The position numbers and the translations under genes are program-made. Shown here in pieces: positions 56,827-57,748 of a stretch of 57,748 nucleotides of DNA. How positions within the stretch are numbered: the first letter of the stretch is position 1; each line of letters opens with the position of its first letter. Under the pieces are notes generated by a model. The model was not told where the DNA came from, ran no database searches, and worked only from the letters and a program-made list of their open reading frames with translations. Source of the stretch: a virus (Duplodnaviria; Caudoviricetes); the IMG/VR virus record IMGVR_UViG_3300042332_001032, positions 1 to 57,748 of that record; one strand, given 5' to 3'.

Positions 56827-57098
56827 TGTTCTCCCCAGAACACCTAATTTAATTTATGAAAACCTACAAATTCAAAAATGGTGTGGAAATATCCCCGCGC
56901 AAACAACCATGTGGTGCGTTTTACGCTATAGGTGAAACGCATATCGAAGAAAATAAGGTTTTCGATGTGCTTCAAAACGGAAAACTTCTCGCAACGGCGG
57001 AAACATGGGATCAGGCAAAAGACATGGTATTCAATATTATATCAATGATAAAGCATTCCGATTTGACTAATTAACCTTGTTCTCCCCAGAACACCTAA
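56827..57098 (+). repeat. 21-bp direct repeat TGTTCTCCCCAGAACACCTAA (56827-56847, 57078-57098)
   Basis: Exact intergenic copies, each a TGTTCT/AGAACA hairpin. Confidence 0.85.
56856..57074 (+). CDS. Hypothetical protein
   Basis: 72 aa between the repeats. Confidence 0.65.
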   Translation: MKTYKFKNGVEISPRKQPCGAFYAIGETHIEENKVFDVLQNGKLLATAETWDQAKDMVFNIISMIKHSDLTN

Positions 57099-57107
57099 CC
57101 TAATAAA

Positions 57108-57386
57108 ATGAAACCAAATCCAAATTACAAATCATCGCCACCAGCAATACTTGAATTGCATCATGATAATGATTTTGGACTGATGGCAACTGAAACCCGA
57201 TCAGTATATTACGATAAAACAATAGCAGAAAAATGTTATCAAAGATTACTAAGAATTGGTAAGCTTAAAAAACTACTTGAGCAATGTGATTTTTGGCTCG
57301 CTCACCTTGAAGATTATACTAAAGGAAAAGCTGGTGATGAAATTACACAGCTTCGTAGTAAAATTGAAACAGAATTAAAACATTAA
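57108..57386 (+). CDS. Hypothetical protein
   Basis: 92 aa. Confidence 0.65.
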   Translation: MKPNPNYKSSPPAILELHHDNDFGLMATETRSVYYDKTIAEKCYQRLLRIGKLKKLLEQCDFWLAHLEDYTKGKAGDEITQLRSKIETELKH

Positions 57387-57404
57387 CCTAAACACAAATA
57401 CAAC

Positions 57405-57602
57405 ATGAAAAAGAAACCAGAATTAGAATTGTTCAGCCCGACTCAAGAGGGAATCATTGTTCCTCTGTCAAAATACCTAAAACAAATGTCCGAGTTCGCT
57501 AAAACCGAATGGCCGGGCATCAACATTACGGAATCAAAAATCAAGGAAATCTGGAAGTTAGTAGCTTCAAATATTTACATTTCAGGGCTGAGTGAAAGCT
57601 GA
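57405..57602 (+). CDS. Hypothetical protein, 3' end interrupted by element F
   Basis: Frame crosses the TTAC junction and stops inside the element. Confidence 0.55.
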   Translation: MKKKPELELFSPTQEGIIVPLSKYLKQMSEFAKTEWPGINITESKIKEIWKLVASNIYISGLSES

Positions 57603-57748
57603 GTGATCTTTAGTCACTCAGCTTTCACTCAGCCTTGCAAAAGATAAATAAAAAAGATAAATAAAAATAACCCCTTTAATGGAAATAGATCTAAAACAAA
57701 TAATAAAAAGACCTTTCAGTGGCGTAGCTAGATTAATTTCTATAGGAT
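57579..57748 (+). mobile_element. Non-autonomous element F (5' part; truncated by window end)
   Basis: TTAC|ATTTCAGGGCTGAGTG-AAAG-hairpin; interior matches element D type. Confidence 0.9.

Noticed and set aside
365-56843. Short antisense or nested ORFs in the track (e.g. 365-571, 9271-9561, 18124-18396, 28622-28912, 34028-34369, 53188-53508)
   Set aside because: Shadows of longer genes with recognisable motifs
1-57748. CRISPR array
   Set aside because: The repeats are dispersed IS-derived copies or coding repeats; no regular repeat-spacer array and no cas genes

Overview
AT-rich fragment of a large T4-like (myovirus) phage genome. It carries rearranged head/neck genes (gp23, gp22, gp21, gp20, gp13, gp14, gp15, gp4), a block of putative receptor-binding/beta-propeller proteins, accessory enzymes (GroES, gp62, QueC, class II GATase, DUF366-like protein, glycosyltransferase, RadA-like ATPase, Hpt, DNA ligase, TilS), four free-standing homing-endonuclease-like genes, a cluster of structurally atypical tRNAs and a mosaic arm of small genes. 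The strongest signal is a phage-adapted IS200/IS605 (IS1341-type) system. Two catalytically intact TnpB elements occur with six protein-less derivatives (~360 bp when complete) that keep the omegaRNA scaffold, plus a 53-bp end-only relic; no TnpA is seen in the window. The elements carry phage late-promoter motifs. Their left-end guide tetramers largely co-vary with the insertion motif (TTAA/TTAT/TTAC), and the two TnpBs differ mainly in predicted TAM-contacting segments. I infer a dispersed RNA-guided homing system. A second, unrecognised 419-bp mobile cassette occurs twice and has split gp14. All calls are from reading the sequence; no searches were run.
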